64,000 bases of DNA. It comes from an uncultured Bacilli bacterium (lineage in GTDB: Bacteria; Bacillota_I; Bacilli_A; RF39; UBA660). Positions 1 through 11,148 of the stretch are shown piece after piece (the stretch's first letter is position 1; each line of letters starts with the position of its first letter). The stretch lies in contig CALVIR010000002.1 in assembly GCA_944331915.1 (NCBI GenBank), positions 7,149 through 71,148 on the forward strand. The letters are read 5' to 3'. A program made the translations under genes and the position numbers. The notes beneath the pieces were generated by a model. It ran no database searches and was not told the DNA's origin. It saw only the letters and a list, made by a program, of their open reading frames with translations.

Positions 1-88
1 TTATATCATTTTCAAAAGTAACTATATCACTATTCTTATCAAAAGTAAGTACCAAAGTATTATAATCTTCATCTTTAAATCTAGTCAT
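1..88 (-). CDS. 5' end of an unidentified ORF running off the window edge
   Basis: ATG at 88-86 overlaps the murD stop. The frame is open for 29 codons to position 1. No recognisable motif. Confidence 0.2.
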   Translation of the reverse strand, partial: MTRFKDEDYNTLVLTFDKNSDIVTFENDI

Positions 89-1433
89 TATCTTTAAACC
101 TTTCAACTATATCTCTAAATTCATCACCTCGATCTTCACACTGTTTATATTGATCCCAAGAAGCCGAAGCAGGACTAAGCAATACTGTATCACCAGCTAT
201 AGCAATATCATGAATATACTCCATCGCTTCCCCTAATTTTTCATAAGTAGTAGTTTTAATTCCTATACTATCACCATATTCTTTAACTCTATCCCGACAC
301 TCTCCAATCCCAACTATTTCTTTAACAGGACTAACATAATCATCTAAATCATGAAAATTCTGTCCTCGTTCTAAACCACCAAGTATTAAAATAACATTCT
401 TATCAAATGATGATAAAGCAATAGTAGTACATTTAGTATTAGTCGCTTCTGTATCATTATAATAATCTACTCCATTAACTTTATCTATAAACTCTAATCT
501 ATGTCTAACTCCAGAAAAAGTCTTTAACACACTAATAATATCTTCATTAGCAACTCCTACCTCTTTTGCAATCATTAAGGCTCCTAAAGCATTTTCCACA
601 TTATGATTACCCTTAAGTAAGAATACATCTCTATCCATAATTTCTTCATCATAATAGTATAATTTATTATTTTTTAGATAAGCCCCATTAATTTCTCTTT
701 TACTTGAAAAGTATTTAATATCACTAAGAATATCTTTAACACCATTCATAACATCATTATTTTCAATATTTACAATTGCAATATCCTCATCAGTTTGTTT
801 AGCAAAGAGTTTTAATTTTACATTCTTATATGCTTCATAACTACCAAAGAAATCTATATGAGCTTCTGACAAATTCGTCATTAAAGCAACATGTGGTTTA
901 AACTCTTCCATATTCGCTAACTGTTGACAAGAAACCTCCATAACAATAATATCATTATCTTCAAGTTTCTCTAAAAAACTACATAATGGATAACCAATAT
1001 TTCCAGCTAAATGAACTCTCTTCCCAGATTTTTTTATCATTTCATAAGTAAGAGTTGTTGTTGTTGTCTTCCCGTTAGTACCTGTAATACCAATCAAAGT
1101 AACTGTACTAGGTAATAATCTATACGCCATTTCCGCTTCATTAATAACAGGAACACCAAGTTCCAAAGCTTTCACTACATATTTATGTTTATTAGAAATA
1201 CCAGGATTTTTAATTATATAATCAAAACTAGCTAAATCTAAATCATCAGGATGTGTATCAAAAATTAACACAACTCCTAATTTCTCTAATTCTTTAATTT
1301 TATCTTTATCTTGTTTATCTTTTGAACCACCATCATTTAAAATAATAGTATTACCTCTTTTCGCCAAATACTTAGCAGCTTCATAACCACTCCTAGCCAT
1401 TCCTAAAATTAAAATCTTATTATTTTTAAACAT
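81..1433 (-). CDS. murD: UDP-N-acetylmuramoylalanine--D-glutamate ligase
   Basis: 450 aa. N-terminal Rossmann motif GMARSG, Mur ligase P-loop GITGTNGKTTT, typical MurD length. GGAGGG RBS upstream. Confidence 0.9.
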   Translation of the reverse strand: MFKNNKILILGMARSGYEAAKYLAKRGNTIILNDGGSKDKQDKDKIKELEKLGVVLIFDTHPDDLDLASFDYIIKNPGISNKHKYVVKALELGVPVINEAEMAYRLLPSTVTLIGITGTNGKTTTTTLTYEMIKKSGKRVHLAGNIGYPLCSFLEKLEDNDIIVMEVSCQQLANMEEFKPHVALMTNLSEAHIDFFGSYEAYKNVKLKLFAKQTDEDIAIVNIENNDVMNGVKDILSDIKYFSSKREINGAYLKNNKLYYYDEEIMDRDVFLLKGNHNVENALGALMIAKEVGVANEDIISVLKTFSGVRHRLEFIDKVNGVDYYNDTEATNTKCTTIALSSFDKNVILILGGLERGQNFHDLDDYVSPVKEIVGIGECRDRVKEYGDSIGIKTTTYEKLGEAMEYIHDIAIAGDTVLLSPASASWDQYKQCEDRGDEFRDIVERFKDND

Positions 1434-1543
1434 AGTAACCCTCCACTATAATTATACTAAAATTTCTAAATAATTAAACCCTCTAATTGAAAAGTCAGAA
1501 ATATATTGTTATAATTTAAGAGAGATTGCAAGGAGGCAGTTCA

Positions 1544-2797
1544 ATGAAAATAATAACTTTAGATGAACATCAATTTGATGAGTTTGCTAAAAACAACAAA
1601 TACCGTAATTACTATCAAACCTCAAATTATGGTAAAACCATTAGCAAACATGGATATAACATTCATTACATCGGTATTATTGATGAAAACGACAAACTTT
1701 TAGGTGCTGCCCTTTTATTATATAAAGAAGTTTTTATGAACTATAAAATCGCTTATGCTCCTCGTGGTTTTTTACTTGATTATATTGATTTAAATATGTT
1801 AACAGAATTTACTAACCGCTTAAAAAAACTTTTAAGTAAACAAGGTTATATATCAATAAAAATAGATCCTTATATTCCTGTTAATATTAGAGATAATACT
1901 GGCAAAATTATAAACATTAATAATGAAGCTAATATTATATTAGAAAATTTAAAAAGTATTGGATACAAATATATGGGTCCTAATCTTTTCTTTGAAGATG
2001 AAAAACCAAGATTTGAAGCTTTAATAACTTTAAATGATGATATAAAAAAAATCTATCACAAATTTGAAAAAAGGGTTCGGCATAAAATTAAAAATTCTAT
2101 TCGTAATGGTATCGAAATTTACAAAGGAAAGAAAGAAGATTTATCACTATTCTATGAATTTATTAAAAAGAAATATAACAAACCACTAGAATATTATCAA
2201 GATTTATACACTAATTTTGAAGGTAATATTGATTTGTACTTTGCTAAATTAAATACTGAAACCTTTGTTATTACAAATAGAATTCAATATGAACGCGAAC
2301 TAGAAATTAATAACTATTTAACTAATGAAATCCAAAATGCTAGCAATATTAACAATAAGAAAAAAATTATCAATCAAAAAATAGAATCAGATAAACTCGT
2401 AAATACTTATAAAAAGAATTTAGTTTGGGCTACTAATCTTTTAAAAGAGAAACCAGAAGGAATTATTATTGGCACTACTTTGAATATTATCTATGATAAT
2501 GCCTGTTACTTAGTAATAGAAGGGTTTAATCAAAAATTTAAAAGCCAAAATCCTAATTATCTAATCAAATGGAAAATGATAAATGACTACAAAAACAAGA
2601 ATTTAAAATACATAAATTTAAATGCTGTTAGCGGTGAATTTGAAAAAATAACAAAATATAGTGGCCTTAACGAAATGAAATTAGGCTTCAATTCACTTAT
2701 TACAGAATATATTGGAGAATTTGAATTAATTATCAGTCCTCTACCATATAATTTATATAAAAACTTAAACAAAGACAAAAAAGGATCAATCTTCTAA
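1544..2797 (+). CDS. FemAB/FemX-family peptidoglycan interpeptide-bridge aminoacyltransferase
   Basis: About 417 aa with FemAB-like architecture: two GNAT-like halves split by a coiled-coil insert, and a C-terminal YSGLNEMKLGF-type motif. Start moved to the ATG at 1544, which sits behind an AAGGAGG RBS. Confidence 0.7.
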   Translation: MKIITLDEHQFDEFAKNNKYRNYYQTSNYGKTISKHGYNIHYIGIIDENDKLLGAALLLYKEVFMNYKIAYAPRGFLLDYIDLNMLTEFTNRLKKLLSKQGYISIKIDPYIPVNIRDNTGKIININNEANIILENLKSIGYKYMGPNLFFEDEKPRFEALITLNDDIKKIYHKFEKRVRHKIKNSIRNGIEIYKGKKEDLSLFYEFIKKKYNKPLEYYQDLYTNFEGNIDLYFAKLNTETFVITNRIQYERELEINNYLTNEIQNASNINNKKKIINQKIESDKLVNTYKKNLVWATNLLKEKPEGIIIGTTLNIIYDNACYLVIEGFNQKFKSQNPNYLIKWKMINDYKNKNLKYINLNAVSGEFEKITKYSGLNEMKLGFNSLITEYIGEFELIISPLPYNLYKNLNKDKKGSIF

Positions 2798-2812
2798 TTG
2801 ATCTTTTTGTCT
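2774..2812 (+). terminator. Intrinsic terminator after the fem-like gene
   Basis: Stem GATCAAT / ATTGATC followed by a T-run. It overlaps the stop codon. Confidence 0.5.
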
Positions 2813-3072
2813 ATAATAAAGGTGCGTTTAAGAGTCAAAAAAACAAAGGTTTAAAAAACTAAGTATAAGAGAATATGCCAACGTTATGAAAAAATTAGAT
2901 CATCTTATTTGAAGGATTAAAGTTACATTATAATTAAACTATTTTGTTTTAGATAAATAAAATTAAATTAGTACGGCAGTGCCTATAAGCTTAGGAAAAA
3001 TAGAGGATACTCTATCCATGAAATAGAAAATCTTAAAGATAACGATAAAGCGCAAAATAAAATTTATTTTGT

Positions 3073-3690
3073 TTACTTTGTTATATCATCTTCATTAAAA
3101 CATAAACTATCCATTATCTTCTCTATAACTTTTTCCCATTTAGTATAATTTGTACTAGCCGTATTAAACTCCACACTAACAAGTTTATCATTTAATGTAA
3201 AATATCTAATATTATAATACATATTAGTTGTACTATCCACCACTACAATCTTAGCAAAAGTTTTAGCATGTTTCGTATATATTCCACTATCAAGAAGTTG
3301 CATATTAGTACTCTCTGCAATTTTATTATTTAAATAAGCCTCCAACCCATCATCAGTCATAGCTTCTTCTGTTGTACTAATAAATATCTTTTCAGCATTA
3401 TCTTCACTTCTAAATACTAACTCTGGTCTACTATTATAATCATACTCTTGTTTTAACATTTCTTCATCAAGCATAACAAATTCACTAGGTACATTTATAA
3501 AAAAACTTTGATCAACACGATAAGTCTTAAATTCAATTTTCTTACCATCTATCTCAATTTTTTCTTCTATCTCTTTTTCCTTATTACTATCAAAATTTGT
3601 TACCTCTCGAATCGCTAAAGATACAAAAAAAGCTAGTAATATTAATATAACAATTCCTAAAATTATTAAAATAATATCTTTTTTACGCAT
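3073..3690 (-). CDS. Hypothetical membrane-anchored protein
   Basis: ORF with an N-terminal TM helix (IILIILGIVILILLAFFVSLAI). GGTGG RBS before the internal ATG at 3690. No family recognised. Confidence 0.5.
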   Translation of the reverse strand: MRKKDIILIILGIVILILLAFFVSLAIREVTNFDSNKEKEIEEKIEIDGKKIEFKTYRVDQSFFINVPSEFVMLDEEMLKQEYDYNSRPELVFRSEDNAEKIFISTTEEAMTDDGLEAYLNNKIAESTNMQLLDSGIYTKHAKTFAKIVVVDSTTNMYYNIRYFTLNDKLVSVEFNTASTNYTKWEKVIEKIMDSLCFNEDDITK

Positions 3691-3754
3691 AATACCACCA
3701 ACAAGAGTATACCACAAAAAAAAGAAGCCATAAAGACCTCTTTTTAATTAATTA

Positions 3755-4945
3755 CTATCCTTCAATTTCAGAAACAACACCAGCACCAACAGTATGTCCA
3801 CCCTCACGGATAGAGAACTTAGTACCTTTTTCAATTGCAATTGGATGAATTAATTCAACATCAATTGTAACATTGTCTCCAGGCATAACCATTTCTACAC
3901 CTTCAGGTAAGTTAATTACACCAGTAACATCTGTAGTTCTGAAATAGAATTGTGGACGATAGTTACTGAAGAATGGAGTATGACGTCCACCTTCTTCTTT
4001 ACTAAGTACATAAACCTCAGCTTTGAATTTATGATGTGGATGTACACTACCAGGTTTAGCTAAAACTTGTCCACGTTCAACTTGTTCACGAGAGATACCA
4101 CGTAGTAAAACACCAGCATTATCTCCAGCTTCTGCAAAATCAAGTTGTTTTCTAAACATTTCAATACCAGTAACAACTGTCTTTTGAGTTTCACGAATAC
4201 CAACGATTTCAACCTCATCATTAAGTTTTAATGTACCACGTTCAACACGTCCAGTAACAACAGTACCACGACCTGTAATAGTAAATACATCTTCGATACT
4301 CATTAAGAATGGTTTATCGTTATCACGAACTGGAGTAGGAATCCAACTATCAACAGCATCCATTAAATCATAGATAGCTTGAACATACTTAGGATCTCCT
4401 TCAAGAGCTTTAAGAGCAGAACCTCTAATAACTGGAGTTTCATCTCCTTCGTAACCATATTCATTTAATAAGTCACGAACTTCCATTTCAACTAAATCGA
4501 TTAACTCTTCATCATCAACCATATCACATTTGTTTAAGAATACAACCATACGAGGTACTCCAACTTGACGTGATAATAGGATATGTTCACGAGTTTGTGC
4601 CATAGCTCCATCTGTAGCAGCAATTACAAGAATTGCACCATCCATTTGAGCAGCACCAGTAATCATGTTTTTAACATAGTCAGCATGTCCTGGGCAGTCA
4701 ACATGAGCATAATGACGTTTTTCAGTTTGGTATTCTACGTGTGCAGTATTAATTGTAATACCACGTTCTCTTTCTTCTGGAGCTTTATCAATGTTTGCAT
4801 AATCTGTAAAATCAGCCCATTCAGGGTTTTTATCATGTAAACATTTAGTAATAGCTGCAGTTAATGTAGTTTTACCATGATCTACGTGTCCAATTGTACC
4901 AATGTTAACATGTGGTTTTGAACGATCAAATTTTTGTTTTGCCAT
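3755..4945 (-). CDS. tuf: Elongation factor Tu
   Basis: [14 protein letters not shown] and NKCD GTPase motifs, with full-length EF-Tu similarity. Start taken at MAKQKF behind a GAGGAGG RBS. Confidence 0.97.
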   Translation of the reverse strand: MAKQKFDRSKPHVNIGTIGHVDHGKTTLTAAITKCLHDKNPEWADFTDYANIDKAPEERERGITINTAHVEYQTEKRHYAHVDCPGHADYVKNMITGAAQMDGAILVIAATDGAMAQTREHILLSRQVGVPRMVVFLNKCDMVDDEELIDLVEMEVRDLLNEYGYEGDETPVIRGSALKALEGDPKYVQAIYDLMDAVDSWIPTPVRDNDKPFLMSIEDVFTITGRGTVVTGRVERGTLKLNDEVEIVGIRETQKTVVTGIEMFRKQLDFAEAGDNAGVLLRGISREQVERGQVLAKPGSVHPHHKFKAEVYVLSKEEGGRHTPFFSNYRPQFYFRTTDVTGVINLPEGVEMVMPGDNVTIDVELIHPIAIEKGTKFSIREGGHTVGAGVVSEIEG

Positions 4946-5038
4946 ATTTTTTTCCTCCTCTTTTTTATACAATTTATATTTTATCTAACAATTACCAATT
5001 TTGCAACTGTTTAGACCTAATTTTACCAAAGTTTCTTA

Positions 5039-7108
5039 TTAATTTCCACTCTTTTTAATAATTTCTTCAGCAATATTTTTAGGTACATCTTCATAATGAT
5101 CAAAAGTCATTACAAAGTTACCTCTACCTTGAGTATTACTACGTAATGTTGTAGCATAACCAAACATCTCAGAAAGTGGAACCATCGCTGATAATTTAAC
5201 CACATTTCCAAGAGATTCTTGTCCAAGTGGACGTCCTCTTCTACTTGTTAAATCACCCATAACATTACCAAAATACTCATCAGGTGTTGTAACATCAACT
5301 TTCATAATTGGTTCAAGTAATGTAGCTTGACATTTATTCTTAGCTTCTTTTAAAGCCATAGATGCAGCAATCTTGAAAGCCATTTCACTAGAGTCAACAT
5401 CATGGTAGCTTCCATCAAATAATGTCGCTTTAATATCAATCATAGGATATCCTGCTAAAATACCAGTTTGCATCGCTTCTTGTAAACCTTTGTCTACAAC
5501 AGGAATATATTCACGAGGAACAACACCACCTACGATTTGATCAACGAACTCATAACCTTTATCAGGATTTGGTTCAAACTTAATCCAAACATGACCATAT
5601 TGTCCACGACCACCAGATTGTTTAATATACTTACCTTCGCATTCAGCTGCTTGCTTAATAGTTTCACGATAAGCAACTTGTGGTGCTCCAACATTTGCTT
5701 CAACATTAAATTCACGTTTCATACGATCAACTAAAACATCTAAGTGTAATTCACCCATACCAGCAATAACAGTTTGCCCTGTTTCATGATCTGTATGAAC
5801 TTTAAAAGTTGGATCTTCTTCAGCAAGTTTTTGTAATGCTATAGCCATCTTATCTTGGTCAGCTTTACTCTTAGGTTCAACAGCTAATTCTATAACTGGT
5901 TCTGGAATATGTAACGGCATTAAAATAATAGGTTTCTTTTCATCACATAATGTATCTCCTGTAGTAGTATTTTTTAATCCTACTGCAGCAGCAATATCAC
6001 CAGTATATACATCACTAATTTCTTTACGGTTATTAGCATGCATCTGTAAGATACGACCAATTCTTTCTTTTGCATCTTTTGTTGAGTTAAGTACGTAACT
6101 ACCACTAGCTAAATGACCTGAATAAACTCTAAAGAACGTTAAACGTCCAACAAATGGATCAGTCATAACTTTAAATGCTAAAGCACTAAACGGTTCAGAG
6201 TCGCTTGGATGACGTACCTCTTCTTCACCATCTAAATTATGTCCTTTAATAGATGAAATATCTAACGGACTTGGTAAATAATCGATAACTGCATCCATTA
6301 ATGGTTTAATACCTTTATTACCTAAAGCATCTCCACACATAACTGGGAAAAACTTAGCAGAAAGACATCCTTTACGAATAGCACGTTTAATCATTTCTAC
6401 TGTTACTTCTCCACCATCAAGATATGTTTCCATCATTTCATCATCAAATTCTGCAACACTATCAATTAAGTCTGCATGTTTTTCTTCTGCTAACTCTTTT
6501 AAATCTGCAGGAATTTCTATTTCTTTAGCATCTTCTTCAGGTTTACCATCAAATTCTATTGCTTTCATAGTAACTAAATCAATAACTCCACGGAAATCAT
6601 CTTCTGCTCCAATTGGCCATTCAATTGGCTTAGCATTAACTCCTAAACGATCTTTTATTGATTTAAGACTATAATTAAAGTCAGCTCCCATTTTACCCAT
6701 TTTATTAGCAAAAATCATTCTAGGAACCATAAATTCATCAGCTTGTCTCCAAACTGTTTCCATTTGAGGTTCAACACCTGCTTGAGCATCAAGCAAAGCT
6801 ACAGAACCATCTAAAACTCTTAAACTACGACTAACTTCAATTGTAAAATCAACGTGTCCTGGAGTATCAATAATATTAAAGCGATAACCTTTCCAATGTA
6901 CTGTTGTAGCAGCACTTGTTATAGTAATACCACGTTCTTTTTCTTGCTCCATCCAGTCCATTTGACTAGCTCCATCGTGAGTTTCTCCAATTTTATGAAT
7001 ATTACCACCATGGAACAAAATACGTTCAGTAGTTGTTGTTTTACCAGCATCAATATGAGCCATAATTCCAAAGTTTCTTGTCTTCTCTAAAGACGTATCT
7101 CTTGCCAT
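5039..7108 (-). CDS. fusA: Elongation factor G
   Basis: 689 aa with [17 protein letters not shown] and NKMD motifs. Conserved str-operon position. Confidence 0.97.
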   Translation of the reverse strand: MARDTSLEKTRNFGIMAHIDAGKTTTTERILFHGGNIHKIGETHDGASQMDWMEQEKERGITITSAATTVHWKGYRFNIIDTPGHVDFTIEVSRSLRVLDGSVALLDAQAGVEPQMETVWRQADEFMVPRMIFANKMGKMGADFNYSLKSIKDRLGVNAKPIEWPIGAEDDFRGVIDLVTMKAIEFDGKPEEDAKEIEIPADLKELAEEKHADLIDSVAEFDDEMMETYLDGGEVTVEMIKRAIRKGCLSAKFFPVMCGDALGNKGIKPLMDAVIDYLPSPLDISSIKGHNLDGEEEVRHPSDSEPFSALAFKVMTDPFVGRLTFFRVYSGHLASGSYVLNSTKDAKERIGRILQMHANNRKEISDVYTGDIAAAVGLKNTTTGDTLCDEKKPIILMPLHIPEPVIELAVEPKSKADQDKMAIALQKLAEEDPTFKVHTDHETGQTVIAGMGELHLDVLVDRMKREFNVEANVGAPQVAYRETIKQAAECEGKYIKQSGGRGQYGHVWIKFEPNPDKGYEFVDQIVGGVVPREYIPVVDKGLQEAMQTGILAGYPMIDIKATLFDGSYHDVDSSEMAFKIAASMALKEAKNKCQATLLEPIMKVDVTTPDEYFGNVMGDLTSRRGRPLGQESLGNVVKLSAMVPLSEMFGYATTLRSNTQGRGNFVMTFDHYEDVPKNIAEEIIKKSGN

Positions 7109-7120
7109 ATTAACTCCTTC

Positions 7121-7588
7121 CTACCAACGGTAATGTGCATAAGCCTTATTAGCTTCTGCCATTCTGTGAGTATCTTCACGTTTCTTAACAGCAGCTCCTG
7201 TTCCATTAGCTGCATCCATAATTTCACTAGCTAAATTATCAGCCATTCCACGTCCTCCACGTTTTCTAGAGAATGATACTAACCAACGTAAAGCTAAAGC
7301 TTCAGCTCTTGCTGGTGTAACCTCCTGAGGAACTTGATAATTAGCTCCACCTACTCTTCTAGACTTAACCTCTAAAGCAGGCTTAATATTTTCCATTGCT
7401 TGATTAAAAACCTCTAAAGGATCTTTACCAGTCTTATCTTTAACTATATCAAAAGCTTCATATAAAATAGTCTGAGCTGTACCCTTTTTACCATCTAACA
7501 TGATAGTATTAATAAGTTTAGCAACAGTCTTAGATTTATATATTGGATCTGGTAAAATATCTCTTTTAACCGCACGTCTTTTACGCAT
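7121..7588 (-). CDS. rpsG: 30S ribosomal protein S7
   Basis: 155 aa, canonical S7 sequence, str-operon order. Confidence 0.96.
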   Translation of the reverse strand: MRKRRAVKRDILPDPIYKSKTVAKLINTIMLDGKKGTAQTILYEAFDIVKDKTGKDPLEVFNQAMENIKPALEVKSRRVGGANYQVPQEVTPARAEALALRWLVSFSRKRGGRGMADNLASEIMDAANGTGAAVKKREDTHRMAEANKAYAHYRW

Positions 7589-7607
7589 AATTTATCCTCC
7601 TTCCGTA

Positions 7608-8021
7608 TTATTTCTTAGGTTTCTTAGCACCGTATTTACTACGACCTTGTTTTCTATCTTTAACTCCAGCTGTATCTAAAGCTCCACGAATGATATGATA
7701 ACGAACTCCAATCAAGTCCTTAACACGTCCTCCACGAACTAATACAACACTATGCTCTTGTAAATTATGTCCAATTCCAGGGATATAAGTATCAACCTCT
7801 TTACCATTAGAAAGACGAACACGAGCATACTTACGTAAAGCTGAGTTAGGTTTCTTAGGTGTTTTCGTACCAACACGAGTACATACTCCACGTTTTTGAG
7901 GAGAAGGATTATTAGTTTGTTTTCTTCTAATTGTATTAACTCCTACTAAAAGTACAGGAGCTTTACTTTTACGAACCTTTTTACCTCTACCCTTATGAAC
8001 TAATTGATTTACTGTAGGCAT
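7608..8021 (-). CDS. rpsL: 30S ribosomal protein S12
   Basis: 137 aa, canonical S12 (PTVNQLV, PKKPNSA). Confidence 0.96.
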   Translation of the reverse strand: MPTVNQLVHKGRGKKVRKSKAPVLLVGVNTIRRKQTNNPSPQKRGVCTRVGTKTPKKPNSALRKYARVRLSNGKEVDTYIPGIGHNLQEHSVVLVRGGRVKDLIGVRYHIIRGALDTAGVKDRKQGRSKYGAKKPKK

Positions 8022-8122
8022 TATTATCTTTGACTCCTTTCTTTACACATATCCAGGTGTATCATATTTAGTTCTAAATAAAGTTTTGCCCAAAGCAAAA
8101 CTAAATCTAAACCAGCATACAT

Positions 8123-8151
8123 AATATAGCATTAACAAAAATTATTGTCAA
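8123..8151 (-). promoter_or_regulatory. Sigma-A type promoter of the rpsL operon
   Basis: On the minus strand: TTGACA, 17 nt spacer, TATATT, about 100 nt upstream of rpsL. Confidence 0.5.
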
Positions 8152-8157
8152 TACAAT

Positions 8158-8670
8158 TTACTCATAAACTTTAACTTTTGATGAATGATTGAAAATTTTA
8201 TCTTCACTACCAGTAAGTGATAAAGCATAATTATAAATACTATCTTCATCAGCATTTTCTGAGTTTAATAACTTAACCTCACCCATATCTTTAAGGATTA
8301 CTGGTCCTCCACTTATTGCTAGCTGAATTTTATCATCACTATCCCAATCTCTACAAGAAGAAATATCAAATATAGCTAGTCCCTCTTCTCCTTCTATTAA
8401 AACAGTATCTTTTGTAAATGACAAATCATCAATATCAGTACTTATATCTTGCAATTCATCATAACTAACTACTTTATCAGAATCTCCATTGCTAAAAATT
8501 TCCGCATAAGAAGAAAGCGCTTCAAAACTATCCACTCTTAACAACTGTGAATCTTTAGAATCAGTTAAAACAACAAGACCATCTCTAGTTTTAAATTGAA
8601 ATGTACTACCACTATAATCACTATACCCTTGAATTAATGATATTGAAATTGAATCTTCATTTTCATCCAT
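8158..8670 (-). CDS. Hypothetical acidic protein
   Basis: 170-aa ORF with no recognisable family. Its start overlaps the stop of a small upstream ORF (TAATG). Confidence 0.45.
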   Translation of the reverse strand: MDENEDSISISLIQGYSDYSGSTFQFKTRDGLVVLTDSKDSQLLRVDSFEALSSYAEIFSNGDSDKVVSYDELQDISTDIDDLSFTKDTVLIEGEEGLAIFDISSCRDWDSDDKIQLAISGGPVILKDMGEVKLLNSENADEDSIYNYALSLTGSEDKIFNHSSKVKVYE

Positions 8671-8789
8671 TACTGCATTAAAGTCTTCACTGTATCAAAG
8701 TTATCTCTATTACTACCAACCACTAAAGCATAACCACATGCAAGAACAAGAATTCCTCCTCCAACTGTTACTTTATCTAATGTATTCAT
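8670..8789 (-). CDS. Small hydrophobic/lipoprotein-signal-like ORF (39 aa)
   Basis: GGGTGG RBS. Sequence MNTLDKVTVGGGILVLACGY has a signal/lipobox-like segment. The TAATG overlap suggests translational coupling to the 170-aa ORF. Confidence 0.3.
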   Translation of the reverse strand: MNTLDKVTVGGGILVLACGYALVVGSNRDNFDTVKTLMQ

Positions 8790-9057
8790 AAATACCACCC
8801 ATAATTTTGAACATATTATACAAAAATCATCTAAAAATGCTAGAAGTCTCGCAAGGAAAGAAGAAAAGCTTTTTTATTATCATATTATATATACTATAAA
8901 ATTAGAAAAAATTACCACTATCAATCATAACAAACATCTATTAGCATATTCAAACTTTAAACTTTAAACTGTGCCTTACCATCTATCTTTTTTAGCAAAT
9001 AAAACAAACACTTATAGTATACAATAACCTAATAATAAAGTAACTACCAATATTTTC

Positions 9058-9807
9058 CTACATCTCTAATCTTCCAAGATGTTTATAATTTTTTATTTTA
9101 GGTTGTTCCAAATTACTATTACAATAAAATAAAGAATCATCAACCCATATTGAAGGTGCTTTATCACTTTCAATCATATCAATAATTCTTTTATCCAATC
9201 TAGCATCTTTAATATAAGGTGTCTCTTCTAAACTAGAAACGCTTGAAAGTGCATCAAGAAATAAATTTAAACACTGTTCATAACTAGTAAACTTATGAAC
9301 ATCATTCTTATAATCATCTAAAAGTTCTCTATATCGACTAAACCTCTTAACCAATTCCTTCATCTGTTCTAGTTGATTAATCTCTACATAAGGATTTTCA
9401 AGATAATAATTTATTTTACCAGCTTTTAGTCCCCTAACCTCTGCCACTGTTTTAAGCAACATAGAAGCTTTAAGAACATCTAAAGGTAAATCCGTAATAA
9501 TATTGTAATCAGATTTTACAAAATACAAATTTAAACTATTATCTCTATGACCAAAATCCAAAGAAGACCTAACAATAACATCTCCATCAGAACAAGCCTC
9601 AACACATTCAGCTAATCCTAAACTTTTAATCTTTTCATCATCTGCTATCTCAAAAACTTGCAATATAGGATCTTCTTCTTGTAAATCAAATTTAAAGTTA
9701 TAATCAGAAACTCTAACAATATCACCATTATTTTCATCTTTATACTTTTCACCTCTAGCAAGCACAAATTTTAACATTTCAACATAATCATAATCAAATT
9801 TACTCAT
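9058..9807 (-). CDS. Hypothetical protein (249 aa)
   Basis: Long ORF, co-oriented with and 28 nt downstream of the C39-like gene. No confident family. Confidence 0.5.
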   Translation of the reverse strand: MSKFDYDYVEMLKFVLARGEKYKDENNGDIVRVSDYNFKFDLQEEDPILQVFEIADDEKIKSLGLAECVEACSDGDVIVRSSLDFGHRDNSLNLYFVKSDYNIITDLPLDVLKASMLLKTVAEVRGLKAGKINYYLENPYVEINQLEQMKELVKRFSRYRELLDDYKNDVHKFTSYEQCLNLFLDALSSVSSLEETPYIKDARLDKRIIDMIESDKAPSIWVDDSLFYCNSNLEQPKIKNYKHLGRLEM

Positions 9808-9835
9808 ATCAACTTTCTCCTTAATTAAATTAACT

Positions 9836-11128
9836 TTAGCTATTGCCCTTAAAAATCCAATAACAAAAAGCTGTACTATCTATTTCTGTCTCTAAATCAA
9901 AAACTCTATTGTTATAATCATTAGTAATAGAATTTTCATATTTAGGATCATGAACTAATATCTTTCCATCATTAGTAATCCCACTCAACACAATTATATG
10001 CCCACCTTGCGTAAATAAACCAACATTTTGTGAACACATTGCTGGTTCTCCTTTTTGCAACGCATCAATTACTTGTGTTGTATCATTAGTAAAAACAACC
10101 TCACCTAAGTTATAAGATTCAGCTAAAGCTTCTGGAAATTCCCAAGACATTCCTTGATCTTGTATATAATACTGATTTCCAAACTCTTCAGCAATTGAAA
10201 CAGGAGTAATAGTTTTCCCTGTCAAATACGAAGCAATCATCGCTCCAGCCGTAAAACCACACCCACCTAAAGCAACTGTCGAGGTTCCTAAAGGAACATT
10301 TTGATAGTTTTCTTGATAATATCTAGGCATTGAATCATTTAAATTTTTAGTAATGCTCTCTAAATAGTCATAAACTGTAAAATCTTTAACATTAATATCA
10401 GTAGCTTTAACAGTATAACTTTCCATACCTTGACCTATTACAAAGCTACCATCATCATTAATTTCTAATAAAGTAACAATTCCCCTGTCAGTATTCATAG
10501 TTATAAACTTATTTTGATTCATTACCTCTTTCAAGTATTCTTCATTATATTCACTTGTTTTTATCGAACATACTAAATCTTTTTTATTTATATAATCAAG
10601 AAAATTATTATTAACTATGTTCATTTCTTCACTTTTTAAATCAAATGATTTAATAGAAGAAAATGTATCACAAGACTTAACTTTTTTCGCATAATATAAA
10701 TAAAAATCAAGTGTCAAATATGAATACTCGATATCGTCTTCACTAGTAGGCAAAGCAAAGCCAAACTCTTTTTCAAACATATTTTTTCCATTAGGTATTA
10801 ATTTATAATAATTAATAACACTATTAATTGCCTCTTCATAATTACCTATATCCAAATTAGTTGTAAGTAAAAATCTTTTTAAATCAGCATCTTTAACATT
10901 ATCATAATACTTACTAACAACAGTACTTATTTCTCTTGAAAGATCATCATTATTTATAGCAGCTAATAATTTATCATTAATTGATATTTCATTCATATTA
11001 ACAACATCAGTTGCTAAATCAGCCACATCTACTACAGTATTAACAGCATTATTTACTAAAGAATTAACATTAAAATTAATTTTATTATTAACATCAATAT
11101 TACTTTTTATTTTCTGTATACCATTCAA
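9836..11128 (-). CDS. Protein with a C-terminal C39-like (papain-fold) cysteine peptidase domain
   Basis: The last 130 aa or so carry GGCGFTAGAMIASYL (Cys), GGHIIVLSG (His) and LVHDP (Asp), arranged as in peptidase C39-like domains. The N-terminal ~290 aa are Asn-rich and unassigned. The gene lies 20 nt downstream of the RT. Confidence 0.6.
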   Translation of the reverse strand: MNGIQKIKSNIDVNNKINFNVNSLVNNAVNTVVDVADLATDVVNMNEISINDKLLAAINNDDLSREISTVVSKYYDNVKDADLKRFLLTTNLDIGNYEEAINSVINYYKLIPNGKNMFEKEFGFALPTSEDDIEYSYLTLDFYLYYAKKVKSCDTFSSIKSFDLKSEEMNIVNNNFLDYINKKDLVCSIKTSEYNEEYLKEVMNQNKFITMNTDRGIVTLLEINDDGSFVIGQGMESYTVKATDINVKDFTVYDYLESITKNLNDSMPRYYQENYQNVPLGTSTVALGGCGFTAGAMIASYLTGKTITPVSIAEEFGNQYYIQDQGMSWEFPEALAESYNLGEVVFTNDTTQVIDALQKGEPAMCSQNVGLFTQGGHIIVLSGITNDGKILVHDPKYENSITNDYNNRVFDLETEIDSTAFCYWIFKGNS

Positions 11129-11148
11129 TCCCTCATCACCTCCTAAAA

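Noticed and set aside
4583-7090. Antisense and off-frame ORFs inside tuf and fusA (4583-4840, 5530-5715, 5537-5734, 6854-7090)
   Set aside because: They lie entirely within highly conserved genes, have no motifs, and are shadow ORFs.
8791-9057. Short tandem AAACTTT repeats and an AT-rich spacer upstream of the 170-aa ORF region
   Set aside because: There are only about three short copies, which is compatible with chance low complexity in AT-rich intergenic DNA.
9058-9807. Faint resemblance of the 249-aa ORF to thymidylate synthase (N-terminal Y..ML..VL..G and a later L.LY...D....LP.....A.LL segment)
   Set aside because: About 75 residues of the ThyA core, including the catalytic PCH region, have no counterpart. 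The match is pattern-level only and cannot be supported without a profile search.
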